From: Thermoplasmata archaeon
Lineage (GTDB): Archaea > Thermoplasmatota > Thermoplasmata > Lutacidiplasmatales > UBA184
NCBI GenBank assembly: GCA_021796385.1
Contig: JAJYXQ010000043.1
Span: 2,202 to 66,201 of the forward strand
Length of the DNA: 64,000 bases
Direction of reading: 5' to 3'
Under the pieces are notes generated by a model. That model saw only the letters and a list, made by a program, of their open reading frames with translations, did not search any database and was not told the origin of the DNA. Below, one piece after another: positions 17,275 through 26,981 of this stretch. A program made the translations under genes and the position numbers. Each line of letters opens with the position of its first letter. Positions within the stretch are counted from its first letter, which is position 1.

Positions 17275-18570
17275 TTACTGCCCCGGCGGGTTCAGCACGA
17301 CCTGATGCCCATTGAGGGCCGTCACGACCGTCCATCCTTCGTCGAGGTACTGGGGTAGCTCCGACGCCTCCACGAGCTTTTGCTTCTGCCGTGGGGCTGC
17401 GCTGGTCATCTTGTCTTTGACCAATTGTTGGAACACTTGCGGATCGAGGAGGTCCTTGTCGGCCAGATCCTCGTCAGAATATCCAAGCCCAAGGAGCATG
17501 ACCTTCGCAATGTTGGCCTGAGTGTCCTGCGCTCCCTTGGTGGGAATCGTGGACAGGAAGGGCTCGCACCGAGAGTAAGACTGTCTCATGTCTTCGATGA
17601 GTTCCTTGGGAAGGCGGCCCTTGTTCGTGGTGTATCGTGCTTCCATGGACCCCTTATGCCCCATCCAGAAGACCCGGTAATCGTGGGCCACCTTTCCTTT
17701 GCTCTCGGCAAGGAGCAACTGGGTGTCGAAGTAGGCACGGAGGACGTAGGGTCGCCAGGATAGACCTGCCTCACGCATGCCGTGTCGAATGAGCGCGCTG
17801 ACATTGAAGGTCCACATGAAGGGTTGTTTTCCCCTAAGCGTCTCATCTCCGGCTTCGGGTCGGATGATGCCGCTCCGAGGGGTGAGAATCTCACCTCTTC
17901 TCACTCGAGCCTCGAGGTACTCCTTTAGGTACTCGCATCCCTCTTCACCGAGGAACGTGAAATAGCGATGTCGTGCCTTCGAAAGCTCGGGGCGTACGAG
18001 CACTAAGGCGGGAACGTGGGTGAATCCAATGTTGGTGCCTTGGATCTCAAGGTCGGTGATATCACCTACACGAAGACCATCTTCCCCTCGATAGTGAGCA
18101 ATGACCTCGGGTCTGAGCCCGGAGAAAGCCATGAGGGCGGCGGCCACCCGTGCCCGGGGTTTGCACGTGTGGAAGATATGTCTCAATTCATCTTGTGTCG
18201 GGGTGCGCTCCTCGGCGATGGATGGGTTGAACTGGGCTCCCTTGATCTTGATGGATCGGGTCACCCGGATGCCATGGAACGAAAGCCATGATTTTACGGC
18301 TGCGATCCTCGTGCGGGTGGTCGACCCCGCGATTCCCCGATTCTGCTCGCTCGAAATGTAATCAAGAATGAGTGCATGGATTCGATCCTCATCCAGCTTC
18401 AACAATGATTTGGGGTCATTTTTCGAGGCCAAGCAAAAGTGCCTGAGGCTCCGGGCAGAAGAATCCGCGGTGGTCATGGAACCCCGCCCCATGTTCTGGT
18501 ACCACCGGTTGATGTCTGGGTCCTGTAGGAACGACCGTATCTCCTGGCCGTCGGAAAGTCTTCGGGGCAT
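17275..18570 (-). CDS. Tyrosine recombinase/integrase (archaeal type)
   Basis: FSGLRP, RPYVLRAYF (YxxR in place of HxxR), FWMGH, ARY; TTTTAATA box ~23 nt before ATG 18570 (ORF open to 18582). Confidence 0.93.
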   Translation of the reverse strand: MPRRLSDGQEIRSFLQDPDINRWYQNMGRGSMTTADSSARSLRHFCLASKNDPKSLLKLDEDRIHALILDYISSEQNRGIAGSTTRTRIAAVKSWLSFHGIRVTRSIKIKGAQFNPSIAEERTPTQDELRHIFHTCKPRARVAAALMAFSGLRPEVIAHYRGEDGLRVGDITDLEIQGTNIGFTHVPALVLVRPELSKARHRYFTFLGEEGCEYLKEYLEARVRRGEILTPRSGIIRPEAGDETLRGKQPFMWTFNVSALIRHGMREAGLSWRPYVLRAYFDTQLLLAESKGKVAHDYRVFWMGHKGSMEARYTTNKGRLPKELIEDMRQSYSRCEPFLSTIPTKGAQDTQANIAKVMLLGLGYSDEDLADKDLLDPQVFQQLVKDKMTSAAPRQKQKLVEASELPQYLDEGWTVVTALNGHQVVLNPPGQ

Positions 18571-18601
18571 GTTTGACCTCATGACAGGGGTGTATTAAAA
18601 C

Positions 18602-18619
18602 GTATCTTGCATGAGATAC
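18602..18619. other. Candidate att core site
   Basis: GTATCT-TGCATG-AGATAC inverted arms at the element/ATPase-fragment junction. Confidence 0.5.
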
Positions 18620-19374
18620 AGGACTACGCAAATGAATCTCTTGCCGACATGCTCCGACAAGGTCGGGAGTACGGAGTGCACATCTGGGCGGCTACACAGT
18701 CGATCGCCGCTTTGCCGGAAGGGTTGCGAGAGGCGTTGGTCACAAACGCGAAGGACGTCATCCTCTTCCGTGGGTCCCCGTCGGATGCTCGGTTTGCTCG
18801 GGACGAGCTCGGACTGCCTCCCGAGGACTCACCAATGACATTGGCCCGGGGTGAGGCGTTCGCGTTTTTAGGAAAGTCCTCGTACATCCGACGGTTCCGC
18901 ATGAGAACGCCTTCGGCATCGCTCGGTCAGAGTGCTCTGGAAGGCCGTTATGTGCGTCTTGTCGACCAGTCTCGTCCGTTCTGGGCTAGGCAACAACCCC
19001 CACACCGGGCAATTACCAGCGTTGGGCCCACGCATCCTCCTTCCTCGGAAACCCCATTCAAGGACATCCTGCTGACACTCTTCGCAGGGGCCACAGCCAT
19101 GGGAGCAGAACACGAGTTCCAGGTTAGCGTATCCTTGGTCCGCGTCCTTTTCCAAGGGAACGAAGAGCTTACGCGGAGTTTCGGCCGATTCCTAGTTCAC
19201 AATGGGGTACTGATTCGGACACTTCGATCTGGCAAAATTCGCTGGTGGGTGCTTTCAACTCAAGGGCTTGGGAAGTTCCCGGGCACGTCTCCATCTCCGG
19301 AGATGCTTTCTGAAGCGCTGAACCGATACCATCGGGCGCTATCCTCTCTGGAAGCTCCGCATTTTGAAAAATGA
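18607..19374 (+). pseudogene. 3' fragment of a VirD4/TraD/HerA-type ATPase with wHTH-like tail
   Basis: Starts at Walker B (IL[H]EIQDY), then L.QGREYGVHIWAATQS...L.EALVTN; no Walker A; in-frame stop at 18574. Confidence 0.75.
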
Positions 19375-19405
19375 AGTAGAGGAAAGACCGGAATAATCTT
19401 TTAAC

Positions 19406-20197
19406 TTGATTGACGTATCCGTCCCCGTGAATGCAGATTCCCCCCATTTAGACTTGCCCCGGTGCCCTACGGGTATCGAGGGCCTAGACAACATCTTGGA
19501 TGGAGGGTTTCCTCGGGGTTCCACGATTTTGCTCACGGGGAGCTGTGGGACGGGAAAGACCACGCTGGGTCTCGAGTACCTTGTCCGAGGAGCAAACGCC
19601 GGGGAGCGATCCATGTTCCTTTCGGTCACGGAAGCATCCGACCGGATTGTGCAGAATCTGGCTACCTTTGAGTTCTTCGACCGAAAGATCTTGGATGACG
19701 GGAAACTGGTCTTTATCGACGTTCCGATCCTCTACGAGAAGCTAGGCCTCTCCAAACAAGAACTCACCCCCGAGGATATTGACCTCTTGATTACAGCGAT
19801 TGTTGATCTGGCGAACACATTGAAGATTCAGCGACTGGTCCTGGACTCGGTCACTTCGGTCTGTTTCCGGATACGCCACGAGGAGAAGATCCGAGATTTC
19901 ATCTTGAAGTTGGGTAAGTCGCTCTCAGATATCGACTGCACGACGTTGCTTGTCAGCGAGATTGGCCCCCAAGCGGACCGTTACTCTCTTTATGGCGTGG
20001 AGGAGAACATTGCCGATGGGGTCATATTGCTCGGCAACATCCAGCGTCAGGGGGATCTTCTTCGAACCCTGCAGATTATCAAGGTTCGGGGTGCGACGCA
20101 TAGCCGGGCCCAGTACGTGATCGAGATCACCCCGCTGGGCATCTTCTTGGCACCGTTCCTTAAAGGGGGTGGGCGGACTAGCACCGGGAATGGCTGA
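19406..20197 (+). CDS. KaiC/RAD55-like ATPase
   Basis: PTGIEGLDNILDGG, GSCGTGKT, RLVLDS, IIKVRG. Confidence 0.92.
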   Translation: MIDVSVPVNADSPHLDLPRCPTGIEGLDNILDGGFPRGSTILLTGSCGTGKTTLGLEYLVRGANAGERSMFLSVTEASDRIVQNLATFEFFDRKILDDGKLVFIDVPILYEKLGLSKQELTPEDIDLLITAIVDLANTLKIQRLVLDSVTSVCFRIRHEEKIRDFILKLGKSLSDIDCTTLLVSEIGPQADRYSLYGVEENIADGVILLGNIQRQGDLLRTLQIIKVRGATHSRAQYVIEITPLGIFLAPFLKGGGRTSTGNG

Positions 20198-20789
20198 ATC
20201 ATCCTCCGCATCACAGCTCGCCGAAGGTCTGCGGAGCATGCCCCATAGCTCCGCGGTCCTAGTTCGCCTCAAAGGGGCGACGTACACGGACAGTTATTTT
20301 GCGGCCCTTTCGGCGGTGCTCCGAGAATACGCGATGGAGGTCAAGGGCTACGTGGTCTACCTCTCGGTAACTAATCCGGCCGCGCTCTTGATCGACATTT
20401 TAGGCTCGGTCGACATCCCGACCAAGAACGTCTCCTTCATCGACGTCACGAGCTACATGATGGTGGACAAGGCCCAGCGGGCCCCGAACACCACCTATGT
20501 CGAAAGTCCAACGATGCTCGAGACCATCATGCTCCGGGTAGAGTACCTCCTTCGCCGGAGCACCAGCGAGCGCAAGATCGTGGTTCTGGACTCCATTAGT
20601 TCCCTCGCCATCCACAACAACGTCCCGATCCTCCAGGAGTTCCTCCACATCTTGGTCAACAAGTTGAAATCCATCGGAGCCACGACGATCCTGTTCACCG
20701 TGATCGAAGAGACGGCACCAGAACTGTCGAACGTCCTTTCGCTCATCTCCGACGCAAATGTGACCCTTGAAGGAGGTGGGCAGCCATGA
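20190..20789 (+). CDS. Inactive RecA/KaiC-fold protein
   Basis: No Walker A; FID...IVVLDSISSL; coupled between two KaiC-like genes. Confidence 0.7.
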   Translation: MAESSSASQLAEGLRSMPHSSAVLVRLKGATYTDSYFAALSAVLREYAMEVKGYVVYLSVTNPAALLIDILGSVDIPTKNVSFIDVTSYMMVDKAQRAPNTTYVESPTMLETIMLRVEYLLRRSTSERKIVVLDSISSLAIHNNVPILQEFLHILVNKLKSIGATTILFTVIEETAPELSNVLSLISDANVTLEGGGQP

Positions 20790-21568
20790 CGGAGAAGTCT
20801 TCCAAGGAGGCGATCTTCGGAATCCCGGAGGTCGACGATGAGCTTGGTGGTGTCCTACCGAAAGGTTGGGCAGGTATCGTGACCGGGGCGCCAGGGAGCG
20901 GGATCGAGCTCTTGGCCAAACAGTTTGCCAGCTTCGCTCCGGAACGGATGCCGGTCTATTACTACACCACAATGGAGCGGACCGAGGACATCCTCAGCGC
21001 ACTCCGCAATTTTGGGTGGAGGGAGAATCTGAACCTGGTCAACATCCTCGAAGAGTACTACGACCAAGTCCTTTCCCGGAACCTCGAGGTGAGCCGGTTT
21101 CGAGAAATGGGGATTTCCCCGGAGGACATCTCCCAGTTCACGATGAAGGGGATACAGGGTAAGCGCGTCAATTTCGTCACCCGGATGATCAACGATCTCG
21201 CCACCCTCGACAAGCCGTTCCGGCTCGTGGTGGATTCGTTGGACTTCTTCCTTGAGCAGGCCGAGACCAGCGATGTCATATCGATGGTTCGCCAGATCCG
21301 ATACCGCGCACAGCGGGTCGGAGGTCGTGCACTGATGACGTTGACCCCTGACATCCACGACCATCGCATTACTGGTACGCTCGGAACCATCGCCGATGTC
21401 CTCCTGAACCTTGAGGTAGAAGAGCGTGCGACCAAGTTTCAGTACGCCATCGCCATCGAAAAAGTCCGGAACCATCCCGAGTCGACCGGGCTCATCCGGG
21501 TCAATGTCGGAGACCAAGGCATTGCGAGTGCCGGATCCGAAGACAAGAGCCGTTTCTCGGCCGCCTAA
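20786..21568 (+). CDS. KaiC/RAD55-like protein with degenerate Walker A
   Basis: FGIPEVDDELGG, GAPGSGIE, LVVDS, IEKVRN. Confidence 0.85.
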   Translation: MTEKSSKEAIFGIPEVDDELGGVLPKGWAGIVTGAPGSGIELLAKQFASFAPERMPVYYYTTMERTEDILSALRNFGWRENLNLVNILEEYYDQVLSRNLEVSRFREMGISPEDISQFTMKGIQGKRVNFVTRMINDLATLDKPFRLVVDSLDFFLEQAETSDVISMVRQIRYRAQRVGGRALMTLTPDIHDHRITGTLGTIADVLLNLEVEERATKFQYAIAIEKVRNHPESTGLIRVNVGDQGIASAGSEDKSRFSAA

Positions 21569-24435
21569 CCAGTATCGTCTTTTTTCGGCGGAGGGTTCTC
21601 GCTCGCCCGGTCCTTCTTCGGGCGTTCCGGCACCTGGGTCATGACTTTGATGAACATCCGGTGGATGTCCTCGGGTCTCGGACCGGTTTGAGGGGTCCGG
21701 GAAGTCCCGGCAGACAGCCGCGTAGGACCCGAGCGAATGTCGTTGACAAACGTATCGAACTCGGCAAGGGTCTCATTCACGGTAGAGGCGTCGTACCCTT
21801 GGCTGGGAAGGCTACGGAGCGAATTGCGCACGAGTTGGGCATACGTGGCGAGCTCATCTCCGGGCTCCTCGGATCCATCCCGGGACTTTCCTCCCTCAGC
21901 AAGGGCGGCGGTGGATTCTACGTCATGGATGACCGACTCCATGCCCGTCTTGCCGAGATAGCCTTCGAGGAACCCTTTGAAAAGCGTGAGGGCCCACTGG
22001 AGACCGGCCGTCCCGCGTCGCGGGGAAGAGTCGACGGCTGTCCGGTCAAGTGCCTCCAGGACCCCCCTCACTCGAACCGCGTAATCGATTAGGGGTTCTC
22101 CGGGATTCCATGGTACGTTCACATCCTGCGACCACTTCCGGCTCGTTTCCTCCAAGGTCTTAGAGAGAGCGGACATTTCCCGCTCGCTCAGCCCGCGATG
22201 TGCCTCCATGAGGCTCGCCGAGACGGCTTTGGCCATCTGAAGGGAAACAGGAGGTGAGGAGGCGCCGGAAGGATGTTCCAATTGGGCCCTTTGGATGTAT
22301 TCCTTCGCGGGCTCATTCTGTTGGCGGATCACCCCCGTTGCATAGGCCGCCCGAAAGGCCGATGCTTCCCAGTCCACCTGGCTCATCGCAGGTTTTGTCG
22401 AGGGTGCCGTGGAGGGAGACGCCGCCCTCGGAGCCCCGTCGGAACTCGTAGGGGAAGGAGCGCTGGCTCCGGGCACGGACGGAGGGGTCTGCACCGGTTC
22501 CTGGGGCTCGGGAACCTCCCTTCGTGGTAATGGACGGGTCGTGGCTCGGCCGATAACTGCTTCGAAGATCTGGTTGACCCTCGCCACGCTCTCCTTGGGT
22601 GGAATGGCTGCCGGGATAGAACTTCCGGAGCTCGCATCATCCGACCCCTTCAGGTCTGTGACCAAGGCGTCAAACTCCCGAAGGATACGTCCCAATTCTT
22701 CCGGAGGGATCGTGCCCGGGCTGAGGGCACTCAGAGCATTCCTCACGAGACGTGCGTACGTTGCCATCTCGTCGCCTGCGTCCTCGGTCGTACTCCGGAA
22801 GACACTTCCGGAGGCGGCCTCTTCGGCAAGGGAGTCCACCAATTGGGCGGTCCGTTGCGGGCCGATTGAACTTTCGAGAAAACCTCGGAACAGGGCGAGC
22901 GCCCACTGGAATCCGGCCATCGTGTTCTTTTGGTCCGGCGCCGCTACGGCGGTACGTTCGAGGGTCGAATAGACACCATTCACTCGGGCAAGGTACTCGT
23001 CCAAAGGTTCCCCCGCATTTCGGGGAACTTTGAGCCGCTCATCGAGTCGTTTGCATTCGGATTCAAGAGAACGAAGGAACTCAGGGAACTTTTTCTCACC
23101 AATCTGGAGACGGGACTGCTCGAGCGTCCGCCGGAGGGCTACGACCAAGATCGCGGGATCAGGGGTTTTCCCTGCAAGTCGAGCCGATTCCAGCGCACCC
23201 CGGAGGGCGTAATCCCGACCCGATTCTCCTTCGTTCCGTAGTGCACCTGTGCTCATCGCAGTGCGGAACGCGGTCGACTCCCAGGGCCCAATCCCATCTT
23301 TGGGGGAGAGGAACTGCATCCCATAGGACGCTCCAATGGTTTGTGCTGCCCGTCGGTCCATCGGGTTTGGTGCGTTCGTCAATAGCGATGGGTCGGGCGA
23401 GGGACTGGAGGCTTGGGGGGTCGCTAGCGGTCGGGTTCCCGGTGATATCGAGGAACGGTCTACCGGTTTCTCAGAAAGCGGGACACCCCCCATCTCCGCA
23501 GCGGATTTTCCATCGACCTGCCGCGCCAACGCCAGTCGAAGGGCTTCGAGCTTGGCACCGGTGAGATCGGTGTAGTCCGCAATGTCTTTGAGACTGGGTT
23601 CCCGTCCCCGAATCTCGGCTTCAGGTCTGAGGGTCGCCTTGACAAGATCGGCGGAGGGTATCCTCGCAACCAGAGCCTTCATGTTCCGAAGTTGGGTTTG
23701 GGTTGCCACCCACTTCTCACGCTCTAGCACTACGTAATCTGGGGTGCTTTCGGGGATCCCATCTTCCTCACCTTCCGGAACAAGGGCCGCCAATGTTCCC
23801 CCTACTGTCGCAATTCCCCCCACAAGCAGGAACACAACCCACAAGGGGTAGTATCGGTCTCCGATGCGGTCGTAGCTGCCCCAGAAAAGTATCGAGATAA
23901 CGATGGCAGCGACCCCGAAGAAGAGAAGGGGGGCACTCGATTCAAACCCTTCCAGAAGTTCCTGGGTCCGGCTGGGGATGGAACGAGACTTAGTAGGGTT
24001 ATCCAAGCGCGGCTCCTGTTCCCGAACAACCTGACGGTCCTTGGCTGCGACAGAATTGCCTCCAAGCACAAACCGTATGAGCGGAAGGAACCAGAGCAGA
24101 ACTCCAATCACAAGGAACGTTCCTATGGGTAGAAGCAGTGCCCCTTCGACCGCCGTAGGGTCCAAAATGAGAACAGACAGTCCCAAGATGGTCAGGATCG
24201 TGGCTGCAGAAAGGAGTAAAAGGAAGGCCAGTCGAGGGCGGTAGATGTCGGTACGGGTCATGCTGCGTCTCCGTGCCCGCCGAATGCGTTTTGACAAGGT
24301 CTTGCGAGAGAACTCGGGAACAGTGGATTTTGGACGGATCTTAGCGGACCGTGAAGGGGCACGCCATTCCCGGATAGGCGGTTGTTTCTTCGCTCGAGAC
24401 GCTTGGGGAAGGGTCGCCATCCAGGTGTACAGCAC
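21565..24435 (-). CDS. Membrane protein (4 TM) with tandem ~212-aa duplicated soluble domain
   Basis: Hydrophobic N-terminal segments; repeats at 22648-23283 and 21733-22371; true start uncertain. Confidence 0.75.
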   Translation of the reverse strand: MLYTWMATLPQASRAKKQPPIREWRAPSRSAKIRPKSTVPEFSRKTLSKRIRRARRRSMTRTDIYRPRLAFLLLLSAATILTILGLSVLILDPTAVEGALLLPIGTFLVIGVLLWFLPLIRFVLGGNSVAAKDRQVVREQEPRLDNPTKSRSIPSRTQELLEGFESSAPLLFFGVAAIVISILFWGSYDRIGDRYYPLWVVFLLVGGIATVGGTLAALVPEGEEDGIPESTPDYVVLEREKWVATQTQLRNMKALVARIPSADLVKATLRPEAEIRGREPSLKDIADYTDLTGAKLEALRLALARQVDGKSAAEMGGVPLSEKPVDRSSISPGTRPLATPQASSPSPDPSLLTNAPNPMDRRAAQTIGASYGMQFLSPKDGIGPWESTAFRTAMSTGALRNEGESGRDYALRGALESARLAGKTPDPAILVVALRRTLEQSRLQIGEKKFPEFLRSLESECKRLDERLKVPRNAGEPLDEYLARVNGVYSTLERTAVAAPDQKNTMAGFQWALALFRGFLESSIGPQRTAQLVDSLAEEAASGSVFRSTTEDAGDEMATYARLVRNALSALSPGTIPPEELGRILREFDALVTDLKGSDDASSGSSIPAAIPPKESVARVNQIFEAVIGRATTRPLPRREVPEPQEPVQTPPSVPGASAPSPTSSDGAPRAASPSTAPSTKPAMSQVDWEASAFRAAYATGVIRQQNEPAKEYIQRAQLEHPSGASSPPVSLQMAKAVSASLMEAHRGLSEREMSALSKTLEETSRKWSQDVNVPWNPGEPLIDYAVRVRGVLEALDRTAVDSSPRRGTAGLQWALTLFKGFLEGYLGKTGMESVIHDVESTAALAEGGKSRDGSEEPGDELATYAQLVRNSLRSLPSQGYDASTVNETLAEFDTFVNDIRSGPTRLSAGTSRTPQTGPRPEDIHRMFIKVMTQVPERPKKDRASENPPPKKDDTG

Positions 24436-24706
24436 GCTTACTCAGTCTTTGAATCTATCGGACCCTTTAGGACCCAAGAAAAGGTCGATTTATCTGAGAT
24501 TGACCCCTCAACAAACACGGTCCAGACCGATTTGCGAAAGAGAACCGATAAAGCTGGATCCCGGGTTTCACACAATGCGTAACGCATGTGGCCCCCACAA
24601 CGTTCACTGCGCAAAGTGTACGGCGCAATCGGTCGGATTACTTGGCCGACCGCAGGTATAGGCATCTCGCAGTGTTGACGGGAAAATCCGGAGAAGAGCG
24701 GTCGCC

Positions 24707-25897
24707 CTAAGCCCATCGGTCGATGAGCTCCTCCGTCGTGGCGTAAAGGACCTTTTGCCCGCTGAACGAACGTTTGGAAGCATAGAAGGCCGCCTTGGCT
24801 GAGTTGACGGCGATCACGGGGTAGCTCGTGCCGATCGGGGCGACGACCATGCAAGTGTCTTGTATGACCTTCACTCCTGCAGCCGTAAGAAATGCCACCG
24901 TGTCCGGGTTCTCCTGGATCACCTGACGGTTCGTGCACACCCATACCTCGATCCGCGGTTTGATTTTTCCCCCCCTCTTTTCTCGGATCACGCGTGCGAG
25001 ATACCGTAACTCTCCAGCAGTAGCGTGGGGACAGCCGATGGCGATCAGACTGGGCTCATCCCCATCCAATCCCAAGGTTCGTTCGAACTGAGTGATCTCT
25101 TCGGGTCCAACATGGTAGGTCTCCAACCCCGACAGCACCTGTCTTTCGGCTTCGTGCGTAACACCCTCTACGTGGAACATGGGGACAGATCCCCAGGCAC
25201 TCATGGCCGAGCCCATGGCTTTCAGGTCGTCGACATCGGGGTGAATACCCCGGATGAATGGGATACGGCTCCCGAGCAATTTCCCCAGGTAGCCTCCGAG
25301 GCTGGAGTAGTGGAGGTCTTTGCTCGATTCCACATTGATGACCGCCTGCGCTCTGCGGCCCTCAGGCAAGTGGAGTCCGTACTCCGGAGTAAACCCGGTA
25401 ACCGCACTTGCAAGCGCGCTCGGCGCTCCCTCTCGGTTGGAAAAGGCACCGATCACGCTGTTTGAATAAATGACCGCCGAGCTCTCGGCCCAGGCGAGGT
25501 GGGCTCCGGGAGGAGGCGAATACTGGGTTGTGTAAGGGGTGCAAGAAAAGGTGGATATCGCACCCATGGCGAGGAGCGAGCGCACGATCCGCTGTTGCTT
25601 CTCTTTGAAATCCTCGCTCGCAGGCACGATCCCGGGGCCGCCTACGTCGTACCCGGCCGGGTTGATGGTTGTCGGCACAGAAAAACGAACTTCTCGTGCG
25701 GCGTCCTCAAGGAACTCCGTGCCCGGTGTCCCCATGGTCTTGAAGGAGATGCCGGAAAGCTGGACCGACCAAACCGGGATAAGCCGGGGAGCGTCATTCA
25801 ACTCCCCCAAGGCGACCAGAATGCGCAACAGTTCGGCGTACCGGGGACCTTTGGCGCCTCCGAGGGCCGCCTCCAAGTCTCGAGAAAGCTCCATCAT
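24707..25897 (-). CDS. Aconitase X catalytic (large) subunit / phosphomevalonate dehydratase-L-like
   Basis: SCTPY, AWAESSA..Y.NSV.GA..NREG, IGCPH, DTCMVV. Confidence 0.9.
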   Translation of the reverse strand: MMELSRDLEAALGGAKGPRYAELLRILVALGELNDAPRLIPVWSVQLSGISFKTMGTPGTEFLEDAAREVRFSVPTTINPAGYDVGGPGIVPASEDFKEKQQRIVRSLLAMGAISTFSCTPYTTQYSPPPGAHLAWAESSAVIYSNSVIGAFSNREGAPSALASAVTGFTPEYGLHLPEGRRAQAVINVESSKDLHYSSLGGYLGKLLGSRIPFIRGIHPDVDDLKAMGSAMSAWGSVPMFHVEGVTHEAERQVLSGLETYHVGPEEITQFERTLGLDGDEPSLIAIGCPHATAGELRYLARVIREKRGGKIKPRIEVWVCTNRQVIQENPDTVAFLTAAGVKVIQDTCMVVAPIGTSYPVIAVNSAKAAFYASKRSFSGQKVLYATTEELIDRWA

Positions 25898-26021
25898 CCG
25901 TCAAACACAGGTCCCCGTATATAATGCGCGGTTCAGGGTCCCCGATTTCCCCAAGCGCAACGCGCACCTTTTCTAAGACGAGAACTCCTGAATCCATCAC
26001 GGTCATTACGGACCAAGAATC

Positions 26022-26981
26022 ATGCCGCAGGAAGTCATCGTTGCGCGGGGCCTTCGTCAGTCGTATGACGGGAAGCGGTTTGCGCTGAACGGTGTGGACC
26101 TCTCAGTCCACAAAGGGGAGGTGTTCGGCCTCTTGGGCAAGAATGGAGCAGGCAAGACCACGCTCATCAAGGTTATGACGACCTTGATCCGGGCCTCTTC
26201 TGGCGAGCTCCAGATCCTCGGGATGGATCCGGTCCACCGCGGCAAAGAGATCCGGAGCCGGATTGGGGTCGTGCAACAGGGCGAATCATTTGATTTCACC
26301 TCGGTCGAGGGAAACTTGGATATCTACGGCGTGCTCTGGGGTGTCCCCAAGGGTCTTCGTCAGCAAAGGCGCGAGGAGCTCCTCCATCGCTTCGAGATCG
26401 AGGATATCCGGAAGGAACGCTCGTTCGATCTCTCTGGCGGTCAGAAGCGACGCGTACAGGTGGCCCGGGAGTTCATGCACGATATGGACATTCTTTTCCT
26501 GGACGAACCGACCGTGGGATTGGATGTGATCATGCGCCGCAAGCTCCTCGATTCGATCCGAGAACAGGTCCGTGGGGGGCTCACCGTCCTTTTCACCACC
26601 CACAATCTGGAGGAGGCAGACTATCTTTGCGATCGGGTCGCCGTGATCGATTCGGGGCGGATCCTAGTCAATGATACCCTCGAGAACCTCAAACGTCGCT
26701 ACGGCGGAAAGCGTACTATCGAGGTCACCGTCGCACTATCCGACGCCGAAGCGTACTTCGAGGCCCTTAGGCACCGCCTCTCCGACCAAGCATCCGTCCG
26801 ACGCGAGGGGGGATCCGGGCTCATTTTGACCTCCGACGTGCGGGGGGCATTAGGGCATATCACGGAGTTGGCCTCCGCTCAGGGAGCCCAGATCGAATGG
26901 CTCAACGTCCGCAAGAACACACTGGAAGACGTGTTCCTCAAAACAGTCACCCACCCCCCGGAGAATGATGGCGCTGCCTAA
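26022..26981 (+). CDS. ABC transporter ATP-binding protein
   Basis: GKNGAGKT, LSGGQ, LFLDEPT. Confidence 0.95.
   Translation: MPQEVIVARGLRQSYDGKRFALNGVDLSVHKGEVFGLLGKNGAGKTTLIKVMTTLIRASSGELQILGMDPVHRGKEIRSRIGVVQQGESFDFTSVEGNLDIYGVLWGVPKGLRQQRREELLHRFEIEDIRKERSFDLSGGQKRRVQVAREFMHDMDILFLDEPTVGLDVIMRRKLLDSIREQVRGGLTVLFTTHNLEEADYLCDRVAVIDSGRILVNDTLENLKRRYGGKRTIEVTVALSDAEAYFEALRHRLSDQASVRREGGSGLILTSDVRGALGHITELASAQGAQIEWLNVRKNTLEDVFLKTVTHPPENDGAA

Larger units (their letters stand above)
1..18610. mobile_element. Integrated element / defence island (right part; left end outside window)
   Basis: Terminal tyrosine integrase; DUF932, resolvase remnant, type I R-M, TA, TIR, HEPN and HNH cargo; mosaic of very GC-rich backbone and more AT-rich cargo; abuts a 5'-truncated gene at ~18607. 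Confidence 0.85.

Noticed and set aside
17170-17275. tRNA-derived att site beside the integrase
   Set aside because: No tRNA 3' fragment; no match to tRNA-Thr at 63394
24436-24706. Short palindromes ATGCGTAACGCAT and CGGTCGG/CCGACCG
   Set aside because: Compatible with an ordinary terminator/operator or chance
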